A DNA stretch of 64,000 bases from Malacoraja senta. Lineage: Eukaryota. The stretch covers positions 22,384,001-22,448,000 of the forward strand of contig CM075988.1 of assembly GCA_038087875.1 (NCBI GenBank). The letters are read 5' to 3'. Positions within the stretch are counted from its first letter, which is position 1. Each line of letters starts with the position of its first letter. The position numbers were made by a program, and so were the translations under genes. This document shows positions 1-13,605 of the stretch, one piece after another. The notes below the pieces were generated by a model, which was not told where the DNA came from, did no database searches, and saw only the letters and a list, made by a program, of their open reading frames with translations.

Positions 1-97
1 ATCAAATAAGAGGTGTGGCAGAAAATAAGTCACTTGTCACTTTCCATATTAAGCAACATTTATAAAATGTCCTCGACTGATCCTAATGTGATCCTAA

Positions 98-382
98 TAA
101 GAATAAGGGGTAAGCCATTTAGAACGGAGACGAGGAAACATTTTCTCACAGAGAGTGGTGAGTCTGTGGAATGCTCTGCCTCAGAGGGCGGTGGAGGCAG
201 GTTCTCTGGATGCTTTCAAGAGAGAGCTAGATAGGGCTCTTAAAAATAGCGGAGTCAGGGGATATAGGGAGAAGGCAGGAACGGGGTACTGATTGGGGAT
301 GATCAGCCATGATCACATTGAATGGTGGTGCTGGCTCGAAGGGCCAAATGGCCTACTCCTGCACCTATTGTCTATTGTCTAT
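98..382 (+). mobile_element. CR1/HER1-type LINE 3' fragment
   Basis: KPFRTETRKHF coding remnant, conserved 3'UTR, (ATTGTCT)n tail. Confidence 0.9.
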
Positions 383-507
383 AATGTCTAAAGATGTTCA
401 TTTTGTAAATCAGAAGAGCAAACCCTTTAAAGAAAATTAAATGTCATAGAACCATAAATAACCGTACTGTAGATGCTTAAAGGGATCTGTATGGTTATAA
501 ATATTAC

Positions 508-625
508 CTTGAGTGTGTTGGCGGTCATATAATTCCATTCCTGATCTGCAATCTCCAATCCAGGGGGACAAGGCAACGAGAAACTGTCGTTCAGGAATTG
601 TCCACTCATAGCTTCTTCAACAACC
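508..625 (-). CDS. PCSK7: PCSK7 exon (luminal stalk before the TM helix): (R)VVEEAMSGQFLNDSFSLPCPPGLEIADQEWNYMTANTLK
   Basis: 118 bp, caaag| and |gtaat, phase 2/0. AMSG..L.D.F.LPCPPGL..NTLK matches PC7. The final TM/cytosolic exon lies left of the window. Confidence 0.94.
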
Positions 626-1269
626 CTTTGGAAAGTCAAGGAAAAGCATCATTAGGCAGGATGGTTGCTCAGTTATTGGATGTTCTGAGCAGGAGAGAAT
701 TGTGTACGGTAGGTCATGCCCAGGAAATGAGCTCCCTGGTGGGAGAGCACTAGTTCTGCCTTTCCCAAGGGGATGAGAGGAATGTTTTCAATCATTTATT
801 CACCAGAGATAGCCATCAAGAGGAAAGTCAGCATTAATAGTCCAATTGCCCAAGAGAAGGTGATGGTGATCCTGCTGCCCCCAAGGTCAAGGGGCTTCTA
901 CCGTGCTCCAGATACTTGAAGTTGGACAGGAGTATAAGATTTACTGGGTGGAAGACTGCAAGTTTGTTGTTCCATGCTTTATTCTCATATTTATTATCAT
1001 CATACGAATCGTACAGCACAGAAATAGGCCCTTCGGCCCAACTTGCCCATGCTAACCAAGCTGCCCCATTGACACTAGTCCCACTTTCCCATATTTGGCC
1101 CATATCTCTCCAAACCTTTCCTACCCACGTACCTGTCCAAATTACTTTTAAATATTGCTATAGTGCCTTTCTCCAACTCCCTCCTCTAGTAGCTTGTTCC
1201 ATATTCCCACTAACCTCTGTGTGGAAATGTTGCCCCTCGGGTTCCTATTAAATCTTTTCCTTCTCACCA

Positions 1270-2073
1270 TAAACAATAGACAACAGACAATAGGTGCAGG
1301 AGTAGGCCATTTGTACCCCGTTCCTGACTTCTCCCCATATCCCGACTCCGCTATTTTTAAGAGCCCTATCTAGCTCTCTCTTGAAAGCATCCAGAGAACC
1401 TGCCTCCACCGCCCTCTGAGGCAGAGAATTCCACAGACTCACCACTCTGTGAGAAAAAGTGTTTCCTCGTCTCCGTTCTAAATGGCTTACTCCTTATTCT
1501 TAAACTGTGCCCCTGGTTCTGGACTCCCCCAACATCGGGAACATGTTTCCTGCCTCTAGCGTGTCCAAGCCCTTAACAATCTTATATGTTTCAATGAGAT
1601 ACCCTCTCATCCTTCTAAACTCCAGAGTGTACAAGCCCAGCTGCTCCATTCTCTCAGCATATGACAGTCCCGCCATCCTGGGAATTAACCTTGTAAACCT
1701 ACGCTGCACTCCCTCAATAGCAAGAATGTCCTTCCTCAAATTAGGGGACCAAAACTGCACAGAATACTCCAGGTGTGGTCTCACTACGGCTCTGTACAAC
1801 TGCAGAAGGACCTCTTTGCTCCTATATTTGATTCCTCTTGTTATAAAGGCCAACATGCCATTCGCTTTCTTCACTGCTGGCTGTACCTGCATGCTTACTT
1901 TCATAGACCGACGTACAAGGACCCCCAGATCCCGTTGTACTTCCCCTTTTCCCAACTTGACACCATTTAGAGAGTAATCTGCCTTCCTGTTTTTGCTACC
2001 AAAGTGGATAACCTCACATTTATCCGCATTAAACCTCATCTGCCATGCATCTCCCTACTCCCCCAACCTGTCC
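1270..2073 (-). mobile_element. CR1/HER1-type LINE 3' fragment, nested in an older CR1 (~1010-2232)
   Basis: ORF FNADKCEVIHFG..RDLGV..LYRAVVRPHLEYSVQFWSP is the CR1 RT C-terminus. Confidence 0.93.
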
Positions 2074-2763
2074 CCAAACCTATGTCCTTTGGTTCTTGAT
2101 TCCCCTACCCTGGCAAAAAGACTGTGCATTTACCCTATCTCTTCACATCATGATCTTATACACCTCTACGAGATCCCCCTGTGCTCCAAGGAATAAAGGC
2201 CCTCGTCCAACCAACCTCTCCCTATAGCTCAGATACTGGTGTATACCAAAGAGAGACACAAAAATGCAGGAGTAATTCAGTGGGTCAGGCAGCATTTATG
2301 GAGAAAAAGGATGCGTGAGGTTTTATTTGGGTTTGAACCCTTCTTCAGACTAAAGGTGGGATGGGGGTGGGGGGGGGGGGGGAAACTGCAGGTGGAAAAG
2401 GGCAAAACAAATCTGGATGGGTAATAGATGACCAAGAACGGATGGAGCCCATGTTTTAACTCGGACCAACAATGGGCCAATACGGGCTCCACTGTTGGTC
2501 ATCTATTTTTATATATTTTTAAATTATCGTTGGAAACATTAGCGACGCAGTGGTGCTGGTTTCCGACGGGCATGGTGACGGACACATCTATTGCAGGCCC
2601 TGACTTGTTCTGGCCTTTTCCTACCTTCAGTCACCTGCACCTCCACTTTCAGTCTGAGGAAAGGTTCCGATCCGAAACGTCACCCATCCTTTTTCTCCAG
2701 AGATGCTGCCGAACACGCTGAATCAACCAAAGTAACTTTGTGAACTTGCAAAGAAGAGTTTAC

Positions 2764-2860
2764 CTCTGTCGGCGTTTGACGTCTTTAAACGACCAGGAAG
2801 ATCCATACAACGTGAGTTGCCATTGAGTGAGGAAACCATTCTTCCGCTGGGCGTCAGTGT
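2764..2860 (-). CDS. PCSK7: PCSK7 exon (end of P domain): (D)TDAQRKNGFLTQWQLTLYGSSWSFKDVKRRQ(R)
   Basis: 97 bp, cacag| and |gtaaa, phase 1/2. QWQLTLYGS motif. Confidence 0.95.
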
Positions 2861-3231
2861 CTGTGCAGAAACAGAGAGAGGATGAGCACTGTGGTAAGTA
2901 GGACCGAGATGTATCATCATCATCATCGTTGAAATCATCAACAGGCACATTGCCTTACAATGCTATGTACGAGTGATCGCAACTTCTACTGAAGTGTGGA
3001 TGGCCGTTGGCTTGCTAGGAGCTCATCCGCCCTTTGACAGGTCCTGTTTTTGGTCCTGCTGGGGGTCCACAGCCCCCTCCTCACCTGGCAAACCAGGTGG
3101 GGGAGATGGTTTAGTCGCCGACTATCCGACCATGGAGCAGGTAGCACGGGATTACATGGTACCTGTGGCGGGGGGAACTTATATGTAACTCAGATGTAAC
3201 TCAGCTTGACAGTTGACTTCAGGAACAAATC

Positions 3232-3399
3232 GGGATGCAAGCAGAAGCCTCCACGTGGCACATCCCAGGCAATGCTGACGACAGAAACTGTACCACAGTG
3301 ACTGACTGAAGTAGCCAATTCTGCAACCACCGACCGTCAACCGTCACTGACCGACCGGAAAGACGTGATATAGAAGATGGCCGGACGCGAGGAAGAAGA
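3232..3399 (+). mobile_element. Unclassified retroposon 3' end with (GAA)n tail
   Basis: 11-bp TSD aggaacaaatc. Second copy at ~57506-57663. Confidence 0.75.
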
Positions 3400-4235
3400 A
3401 GGAACAAATCAGTGCCTAAAAGCATCCTTCTACTGTGATATGATAAAAGTATTAGTCCCCAACACTCTGCAACGAAGCCTATCGAAACCCTTCAGTAATT
3501 TCTGTGTTTAAATGAACCTGAGGTTGTGGTCCAAATCTGCTTAATCTTTCCTGATACAACAATCCCACATCCTAGAGTCAATCTATTGCAAACATATGCC
3601 TTTGTTTGGTAATGGTGACAATGGAACGTGCAATATTTGCAATACACCAGCATAATACACTACACTCGACACAAAATGCTGGAGTAACTCAGCGGGACAT
3701 GCAGCATCTCTGGCGAGAAGGAATGGGCGATGTTTCGGGTCGAGACCCTTCTTCAAACTAATATTTGCACTGCCCATATATATTTACAATAAAGCAATTT
3801 TACTCCTGTGCTCAAATCCCCTATCAATGAAGTCCAACATACTGTAAGTTTTCGCATTTGCTGGTTGAACCTGCATGTTATAGAAAATAGGTGCAGGAGG
3901 AGGCCATTCGACCCTTCGAGCCAGCACCGCCATTCATTGTGATCATGGCTGATCGTTATATTTTAGAGGTTCCTGTACTCGAACACTCAGATCCCTCTGA
4001 ACAGCAAGACCTTTTCAACCAAGTTAAACATTTCCACCAAAGTGGTGATCTCAATTGTTTCCACGTTATATTTTATTTTGTTCCTATTCATTCACCTAGT
4101 CTTTCTATACGCCTTGAAGCTTCAATGTAGCTAGCGTGTAGGGTTTGAAGAAATTTGACATATTCAATGAAATTCTTACCTGCTGCAGCTTTACAGGTAC
4201 ATTGAATGCAACAACACAATGAATGAACATACAAC

Positions 4236-4526
4236 AGGGTGGTACAGTGGCGCAGGTAGAGTTGCTGCCTCACAGCGCCAGGGACCAGGGTTCAATACTG
4301 ACTATGGGTGCTGCCTGTACGGAGTTTGTACGTCCCCCCCGTGACAACGTGGGTTTTCTCCGGGTGCTCCGGTTTCCTCCCACACATATAAGTTTGTAGG
4401 TTAAATGGCTTCGGTAAAACTGTAAATTGTTCCTAGTATGTGGGATAGTGCTAGTGTATGGGCTGATCGCTCGACTCGGTGGGCCGAAGGACCTGTTTCC
4501 GGTGCTGTATCTCTAAAGTCTAAAGT
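4236..4526 (+). mobile_element. HE1-type V-SINE
   Basis: tRNA-like head (A box, GGTTC B box), V-domain gggttttctccgggtgctccggtttcctccc, CR1-like tail. Confidence 0.85.
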
Positions 4527-5451
4527 ACAGCAAGCAAAAACAAAGGCAAATTATATGTTGGGCTTTATTACAAGAGAATACAGTTGCTGCCATTTTTCTC
4601 GCATATCAATTATTATTACTCATTATTTTCCTTATTTTCTCTCCGGTGGATGTAAATGTTGCAAGACAATATTTTAAAGTGTAGCAGATACCAACGCCAA
4701 TACTATTTTATTAGTAAGGGTGTCAGGGGTTATGGGGAGATGGCAGGAAAATGGGTTTGAGAGGGAAAGATAGATCAGCCACGATTGAATGGTAGAGTAG
4801 ACTTGATGGACCGAATGGCCTAATTCTGCTCCTATCACTTATGAACATCCATTATGGATAGGTATTGTGCACCCATTTCTCCCAATATCCCACCCCCTAT
4901 CCCCTTCTCTCCCTCCCCTTCCATCTACATCCCTTCCTCTGGCTTCACAATTTGGTCCTCTCCTTATCTCTCCGCCTTTTGTTTCCTTTTCATCTCTGTC
5001 CTTTGTCCACCCATCTGCCAATCAACATCCCTCACCAGTATCCACCTATCACTGATAGAGGCAAAGTGCTGGAGTAGCTCAGCGGGTCAGGCAGCATCTC
5101 TGGAGAAAAAAGGATTGGTGACGTTTCGGGACCCTTCAACAGAAAACGCCAACCAGCCCTTTTTCTCCAGAGATGTTGCCTGACCCACTGAGTTACACCA
5201 GCACTTTGTGTCTAACTTTGGTATAAATCAGCATCTGCAGTTCCATCTTCCACTTATCACTTGCCAGGCTTTGTCTTGCTCCCACCTCTTTTCCAGCTTT
5301 CTTCTCCCACTGCAATCAGTCTGAAGCAGGGTCCCGACCCGAAACGTTGCCTATCCATGTTCTCCAGAGATGTTGCCCAACACGCTGAGTTACTTGAGCA
5401 CTTTGTGTTTTTTTGTTCAAGATTCTGGTGGTTACCAGATAATTACCAGAT

Positions 5452-5879
5452 AATGGAGCAGCTGGGCTTGTACACTCTGGTGTTTAGAAGGATGAGAGGG
5501 AATCTCATTGAAACATATAAGATTGTTAAGGGCTTGGACACGCTAGAGGCAGGAAACATGTTCCCGATGTTGGGGGAGTCCAGAACCAGGGGCCACAGTT
5601 TAAGAATAAGGAGTAAACCATTTAGAACGGAGACGAGAAAACATTTTTTCTCACAGAGAGTGGTGAGTGTGTGGCATTCTCTGCCTCAGAGGGTGGTGGA
5701 GGAAGGTTCTCTGGATGCTTTCAAGAGAGAGCTAGATAGGGCTCTTAAAAATAGCGGAGTCAGGGGGAGAAGGCAGGAACGGGGTACTGATTGTGGATGA
5801 TCAGCCATGATCACATTGAATGGGTGCTGGCTCGAAGGGCCAAATGGCCTGCTCCTGCACCTATTGTCTATTGTCTATT
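5452..5879 (+). mobile_element. CR1/HER1-type LINE 3' fragment
   Basis: LGLYTL.FRRMRG.LIETYKI..RTRGHSLRI. (ATTGTCT)n tail. Confidence 0.9.
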
Positions 5880-7401
5880 CCATCATCTGCAGTTCCTTGC
5901 GTCTCCATCAATGAATATTATTAAAACCACAGATTATCTGGTACGTCTCATAGTGAGGTGCTGATGTGGCCTCTTGCTGTGCACACTTACATTCCACCAA
6001 ATAATTCATCACTGGCTGTAAGCCGCTTCGGGACATCTTGAATTGTATGTGAAAGGCTCTACATTTCTGTGGCTTCACTTCGAGTCATTCACTCCTGTTG
6101 CCAAACCGATTTGTGAGCAAGAGTGGACATAATTTAAAATATTTCTCTTATCTCTCTCTGAAGAAGTAAGAAAGAAAAGTGACTACAAAAGCAAAGGGGA
6201 TGGGAACGTGGGCGAATTAAAGATGAAAAATTACCAGTGAGCTGAGAGCCCACTCCCCCCAAATGACAGTTCGTCGGCAAGACAGAAGAGAAATAGAGTC
6301 TACGAGAGGATTGGGGCATGAAAACACAGACTGCGCCAGATAACACAGAAAAGAAAATAAAAGCTTGAGAAGCGGCCAATTGTAAATCTGTGTCTCCACA
6401 ATGCAGCCATTCCTGAGTGTCAAATATCGCCAGTGGAAGTGACGGATGGAAAGTGGCTGACACGGAAGCATCCCGGCTCAGACTGCAGTTGGACAGTGAA
6501 AGATGAAACTAATGAACAACAGATAAAAGTGTAACAGTCCCCAGAAAGTTTAGCAGGGGATGCATTTCCCCAAGATTGGATTCGTGCTGCTCCCTGTAAA
6601 AAGGGGCTCAAAAAGCACACTGCTTCTACAGCTATTCACTAAACACAGCCAATTCAAGAGTCGAGAGTCTTTCATTGTCATATGTCCCAAAACAGAACAA
6701 TGAAAATCTTACTAAGGCAGACAAAAATGCTGGAGAAACTCAGCGGGTGAGGCAGCATCTATGGAGCGAAGGAATGGGTGACGTTTCGGGTTATTCCATC
6801 TCCCTCCACCCTCTCATTGATCGGTAGATAAAAATGCTTCTTCTTGAACAAATCTCTTGTCTGCTAGGGATGAATTCCTGATCTTCCAATCTACCTCTTG
6901 TGGCCGTTTGCACTTTTTTTTATCTGGACTTCCTCTGTGGCTGTAACACTATACTCTGCACTCTGTTTCCTTTGGCTTTGCACTACCTGTTGTATTCATG
7001 CATGGTTTTATTTGCCTGGATAACACAACAAACAAAGTTTATCACTACATCTCGGTACATGTGACAAGAATAAACTGCTACCACCTGTGGTCTGGATTTG
7101 GGATGGGCCCAGAGAAGCCAGGGATGCAAAGTACTGCTCTGGCATTCTTTCAAAGGACAAAGAACATTTATTGTCACATACACCATTTCTGGTGCAGTGA
7201 AATTTGAGTTGCCATTTGCAGCAGACCAATAAAAAATAAAACACAACATTAAAGAACGTGACATTAAACATAAAAACACCCCTCCCCCAAAATGGCTCCC
7301 ACTGTGAGGGAAGGCAGCAAAGTCCCTCTATGTCCGCCCGTGGTCGGGGACCTATTGAGGCCTCCACAGTCACCTCGACGGCGGCCCGATGTTACAGCTT
7401 C

Positions 7402-7886
7402 ACGTAGGTTTACAAGGTTAATGCCCGTGATGGCGGGGCTGTCATATGCTGAGAGAATGGAGCGGCTGGGCTTGTACACTCTGGAGTTTAGAAGGATGAG
7501 AGGGGATCTCATTGAAACATATAAGATTGTTAAGGGCTTGGACACGCTAGAGGCAGGAAACATGTTCCCGATGTTGGGGGAGTCCAGAACCAGGGGCCAC
7601 AGTTTAAGAATAAGGAGTAAGCCATTTAGAACGGAGACGAGGAAACACTTTTTCTCACAGAGAGTGGTGAGTGTGGAATTCTCTGCCTCAGAGGGCGGTG
7701 GAGGCCGGTTCTCTAGATGCTTACAAGAGAGAGCTAGATAGGGCTCTTAAAAATAGCAGAGTCAGGGATATGGGGAGAAGGCAGGAACGGGGTACTGATT
7801 GGGGATGATCAGCCATGATCACATTGAATGGCAGTGCTGGTTCGAACGGCCGAATGGCCTACTCCTGCACCTATTGTCTATTGTCT
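7402..7886 (+). mobile_element. CR1/HER1-type LINE 3' fragment
   Basis: Same family, near-identical to the other young copies. Confidence 0.9.
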
Positions 7887-8334
7887 CTCGCCGCATGATG
7901 GAGCTCTGGCGTCGGGAGAACACTCTCAGTGGCTTGGAATGTCTTTCCAGAATCCCTAGGACAGTGTTCCCCAGAAAGATTAAGGATTATCAAATAAATG
8001 TCCATGGATCTGTCCCATTATAATGCACCAGTGAATAACCATTGAACCTTCTCACGCCCAGGAGAGATGTCATTCGGCACTACAGGTCTTTCTTCCGTTC
8101 TGTTGGTGCCAGGTCTTTGAGAGATGCTGACTGACCCGATGAGTTACTCCAGCACTTCGTGTCTATCTTTGAGTTAGACCAGTCCAGTTATTCCCCCATT
8201 CCTCCCCCATCCCTTTTTCCACGACCTCGGCAAAGTTGAACGCAACTTCCCTTCACTTGGCAGTCCCCCCAAACGAAAGACGTTTCATTGATTCTGTGTT
8301 TATTAACTTCACGTCTTGTGGCCTCTGCACTTAC

Positions 8335-8429
8335 CCAAGTCACGAATGACCAACTTGTAGATGCCATGTGCCCGCTCACCCCAGCAGCGTACGGTGGAAT
8401 ACATCCAGTCGGTGTAGCCAGAGGCATCC
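8335..8429 (-). CDS. PCSK7: PCSK7 exon (P domain): (R)[31 protein letters not shown](D)
   Basis: 95 bp, tgcag| and |gtaag, phase 2/1. [19 protein letters not shown] motif. Translated by hand. Confidence 0.96.
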
Positions 8430-9578
8430 CTGCATGGAGGAAAACAAGATGGCAGAGTCAATCAACAATTATCTTCTACCTGCATTGAGATATTGGTTAT
8501 GTGGAAGCTTGCTTGGCTAAACTGTTTACGGATCAGGATGTGGGCTACTGAGTGAGTGCGGCTGCCGCTATCTACTCACTGGATCAGATTAAGTACGCAT
8601 AATATCTTGGCACACATGTGAGGAATTTTTACATCCGTTTGCAATTTGTCTTCGGAATAGGATCTAGTGTCAGTCCTGGCAAGACTCTCCTTGACGATAA
8701 CATCAGATGGTTCCACAAATTCCCTCGCATTCACCATTTAAGGCTGAGGAGTTCCTACCCCCACCCCCCCCCCCTCTCAGCCTCGAGAAACGGGAGCAGG
8801 CAGTCTCGCACTAGGCGTCATCCAAGCCTGTCCCGGTTCATCCAGCCTCTTCAGCAAGTTCGCATTGAAACCTTCCCCCAACTAACAGCAGCTTCGAACG
8901 ACTTGTGGAAGAAATCAGTTTGCCCGTTATCATTTCTATCATTCCTCTGCCCTCACTCCTGTATTGTATTCACTCCTGGATTGCAATATGAAAGCATTAT
9001 CACATCTAGAAATTTAACACAATGTCACTCAGTATTCAAATAATACTTTCACTCAACCGATTCTCCAAAGATATTACATCCTCTTTGGAGTTTATACATA
9101 AGAGGAATATCCTTTAGGGTAGCACAATGGCACAGCGGTAGAGTTGTTGCCTTAAAGAGCCAGAGACCTGGGTTCGATCCTGACTACGGTTGCTGTCTGC
9201 ACGGTGTTTGCACGTTCTCCCTGGACGTTTGGACGTTTCCTCCCACATCCCAAGGACATGCAAGTTTGTAGGCTTGTAAAGTGGCCCTTGTGTGGAGGAT
9301 AGAACTAGCGAAGGGTGATCCTTGGCCAGCGCGAACCCAGTGGCCTGTTTCCACGCTGTATCTCTAACCTAAACTAAAACTAAACACAACAGAAAATGCA
9401 AATTCCAACAGAAACAAATGCTGGAAATGGCTCCGCAGGCCAAGCAGCATCTGCGGAAAGAAAAGTGGGCATAACATTTCAGGTTGGTAACCCCTTCAAC
9501 AAAACAAAACATTGATCAGATGCAATACTGATGAAAGCCCATGAAAAATCTCTGCATAAATGTGCTGGACACTGCTCA

Positions 9579-10546
9579 AGGGCCTGTCCCACTTACGTGT
9601 CCGTGGCACGCTAATTACGCGACCTCGTGGTCGCGTTGAGGCGCGACGGTCCCGATAAGGTCGAACGCGACTTCATTCGACCGCACAGGCGTCTGGAGCG
9701 CGTGACGTCATTTGAAGATAGACACAAAATGCTGGAGTAAAGGCCGTGTCTTACCTGTTTGCGGTCATCGGCGGTGAAGCGCGGCGTCGCCGGTAGCGAG
9801 GACCGCGCGGCAACGGCGAGAGCGTCGAGCCTATCCACTGGAGCGCCGCACGGATGTTGCGCGGGGGCCGAGTTAATTCAAACACGGCGGGTCCCACGTG
9901 CTTGCGGTAAGTAAAAAAAGGGCGGGCCGACTGCGATGACGTCGGCCCCCCGCACGTGACTCACCAGCGGCGGCTGTGGCGGCGGCCATCCTGATCGCGG
10001 CGCTGTAGCGGTGGCTGTGCCTGCGGCCGCGCGGCACACGTGCCTCACTGGCGGCGGCACGTGCGTCACTGGCGGAGGCTGTGGCAGAGGAGGTTTGACG
10101 CACGGCGCTCGACCCACACTGGCGGCGGCCCGTGCGAGCGGCCGTGCGCACTCGTGCATCACTGGTGGAGGTTGTGCGGTGAGTATAGTGTTTTCGACAT
10201 TGTCGATTTTATTTTTGCACCGCGCGGTGTTGGGAACACCGTCGCACGGCCCGGGAATTGTTCTTTCTCACGAGTGCGCGGTCTATGGCGGCAGATTCTT
10301 CCCGTTTCGCCGCCAATGACCGCAGATTCGTGAGACAGACCTTTAACTCAGCGGGACCGGCAGCATCTCTGGAGAGAAGGAATGGGTGATGTTTCGTGTC
10401 GAGACTCTTCTTCAGACTCAACTACATACCCCTCCGCGCTTCTCAGTGGGACCAGCCCCGCGCGGCCACACGATGCCCGTGCGCCTCAACGCGACCACGA
10501 GGTCGCGTAATTTGCATGCCAAGGACACGTAAGTGGGACAGGCCCT
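9579..10546. mobile_element. Harbinger/PIF-like MITE with nested insertions
   Basis: ~65-bp TIRs AGGGCCTGTCCCACTTACGTGTCC..., 3-bp TSD TCA. Confidence 0.85.
9741..10343. mobile_element. GC/CpG-rich non-autonomous TIR element (Harbinger-like)
   Basis: TAA TSD (9738, 10344) interrupting a pLTR. Imperfect ~45-bp TIRs (tgcggtcatcggcgg and ccgccaatgaccgca). Confidence 0.75.
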
Positions 10547-11957
10547 TCACACTTTCAGATCTGCTACCTTGATTCAGATCTGCCACTTTGACCGTATTCT
10601 AGCCTTGTTTTCAAAGGGTTACGTTGAGTTTGTTTTCTTCATTGAATAGGTCATCTTATTAATTATTTCTGACTGGGTCGGACTGGCAAACATTACGGAA
10701 CCATTCTGGAGTGAAAATCACTACACCCTGGGGAATCTTCACTTTGAAATCCATTCTGGGTGGATACATGTTATCTAGCAGCCAGACTGCTCACAGCAAC
10801 AGTACACCCCACGTTCTTCACTGTCGCGTACTGGAAGCAACATTAATAAATATTTACAACAAGGCACGGGCAAAAGCCAAGGTTAGGATTATTCAAATAT
10901 GTGCAAATTAAGGGACAATGTAAACCACATTCTTTGCTGCGTTCAGGAACGCAGAACAAGTCTTTTTTTAAACAGAGTACTCTGTGAGACAGATTGCTAC
11001 TGAAAAGCAGCAAGAAAAATATCAGACATGTCTCAGATGCGAGACATTCTTTGTGCGTCCTATAAATTTTATGGGCAAGCTTGATATTCACAAGTACTGG
11101 CCATTGCATAAACATCGTGTTTTTATCCTCAAATTGCTTCAGAATTACACTTAGTGAGCAATTGCTGGCTGAATTTAACCATTTTGTGTCCAGCAATGCA
11201 CGCGGGGTACATACAAATGCACGTGGGGTATATACAGTATAACATGTAAAGAAATATCACAGAAAAAGGCCGTTCAGCCCACTAAAAAGATATATGTTAT
11301 TCCAACCTCATTCCCTACACACCAGGGGAAATTTACAGAGGCCAATTCACCGTCAAACCTGCATGTCTTCGGGATGTGGGAGGAAACCGGAGCACCTGGA
11401 GAAAACCCTTGCGGTCACAGGGAGAACGTACAAACTCTGTACCGACAGCACCCGTAGTCAGGATCGAACCTAGGTCTCTACCGCTGTGCCTCTGTGTCTC
11501 TCACAACGCCCGTGCTGCCATCGTTGGAAACTTTGTTGGATTGAGTTTCATGGCTAACGCTACCAGATTTATTTAATTACTTGAAGTTAAATGTCTTTGC
11601 TGCCTTAATGAGATACTGTGGAAGCTGGTGTTGTTCCCTGGCAGAGCAGGGGATAGAGAGAGAGATAGAGACGGATGTGAGAGTTGTCGACCCCCGCCTC
11701 TTGTAGACACATTGCTTTATCCGTGGTAAATGTTAAGCAAAAGTCTTACAGCTGATGAGTTGTGCAGTTGCAGGCTGGTGATTTGGGAATGACTGGCAAA
11801 GTATTGACAGCATTTAGGGGCTACATGCTTATGCTCTATTCAACTGTTGACAGTTTAAAGTGGCTGACTGGGTTATGTGCTGATTCCTGCTTCCGATGGA
11901 TTAAAATCAAAGCACTGTACACTTGGGTATTCCACATAATCCCTCTGAACTACAGTA

Positions 11958-12648
11958 GAGACACACACACAGGCACACACACACACAAACACATACAGAC
12001 ATGCACACCCCAGACAGACGCGCGCACACACACACAGGCATACAAACAGACAGACGCGTGTGTGCACACACACACACAGGCAGACGCACTCACATACACA
12101 CAGGCACACAGACAGACGCTCGCACACACACACACACACACACACCCCAGACAGACGCGCGCACACACACACAGGCATACAGACAGACGCGCGTGTGCAC
12201 ACACACACACAGGCAGACGCACTCACATACACACAGGCACACACACAGACGCTCGCACACACACACACACACACACCAGACAGACGCTCGCACACAGGCA
12301 CACACACAGGCACACACACACAGGCGCACACACACACACACCCACACCCCAGACGCGCGCGCACACAAAGATGCGTTGGAAGATTGCAACCTTCACGTGG
12401 TCCGCCCTGTTTCGGCGAATGCAATCAACCCGGCATGCACAATCAAATAGGATCAAATTGAACAAGTTGTGCTACAACTTTAGGCTGTGCTCGCCATATG
12501 CAAGAAGACACAGACGCGAGCACACACACACAGACGTGAGCACACACACACACACACACACAGACAGACGCGCACACACACACACAGACAGACACGCGCA
12601 CACACACACAGACACAGACGCGAGCACACACACACACACACACACAGG
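11958..12648. repeat. Compound (CA)n microsatellite with higher-order units, interrupted by a retroposon
   Basis: CA/CAGA/CG blocks. A ~138-bp unit recurs at 12007 and 12145. Confidence 0.95.
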
Positions 12649-13195
12649 AGCAATTTATCCCATGCAAAATGTAGACTCCAGTTCCACAACTCAGTAAAGC
12701 AAGTTGTAAAGTCACCCTCATAGTAATTGAACGGAACAGTAATTTAGTTTTCTACAGTAAATTACTTGTGCTGTGATTAGATTAAGCTATGATTCATAGC
12801 TTCATATACCACATAACATTTTCCAAGATGCCTTTGAAATTGCAAAGAATATTGATAAGATAAGTATTGATAGTCCGTCCTCAAAAGTTGGTGATACAGA
12901 AAACGGTTACACACACACACACAATGTATTCATAAAGCTCCAAGCCATCGGTGAAAAAGGATGCGCTGCAGAGATTGTTAAAACTAGGAAGATCGACACA
13001 AAAAGCTGGAGTAACTCAGCGGGACAGGCAGCATCTCTGGAGAGAAGCAATGCGTGACGTTTTGCGTCAAGGAAACCCCTTTCACTGAAGAAGGATGACG
13101 ACCCAAAACATCACCTATCCAATCTCTCCAGAGATGTTGCCTGACCTGCTGAGTTACACCAGCATTTTGTGTCTAACTTTACTTTAACTTTAAGT

Positions 13196-13605
13196 GGAAA
13201 AATCAGATCAATTTCTCAAGAAATGGACACCCTTCAACCGAACTCTTACAAGAGTAGCATGGTGCAACACAAATTTAAATTTAAATCCGATGCCGGGTTG
13301 TGTGGGGTGGGTGGGGGGGACGAGGGGCAGGTATATCTCCACCTTTCTTTTTCTCTTTTCTTATTTCTATATCTTTTGGCCACACTACTTTGGTAGTTTA
13401 GGGGTCTTTCTTTTGTTCTTTTTCGATCTATCTTTTCACTTTTCACTTTTTTCCTTTCTTGTTTTCTTTTTCTTTTCTTGTTTTCATTTTCAGGTTATAA
13501 GGTTAAAAATGCAGCTGTACAACAATTGTATAATTTTAGCTGCCGAATGTTTTATCTTTGTACAATTGCTTCTAATAAAAATAATTTTAAATTAAAAAAA
13601 AAAAC
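13196..13605 (+). mobile_element. L1-clade 3' end (ORF2 terminus, 3'UTR, polyA)
   Basis: DQFLKKWTPF terminus, G-rich then T-rich UTR, AATAAA, polyA. 15-bp TSD actttaactttaagt (13181 and 13606). Confidence 0.8.

Noticed and set aside
9741..10343. CpG island as a host gene promoter
   Set aside because: It is bounded by a TSD and TIRs and nested in other elements, so it is transposon-derived.
11762..12723. Long His/Thr- or Cys/Val-rich ORFs (up to 311 aa)
   Set aside because: Translations of the (CA)n compound microsatellite.
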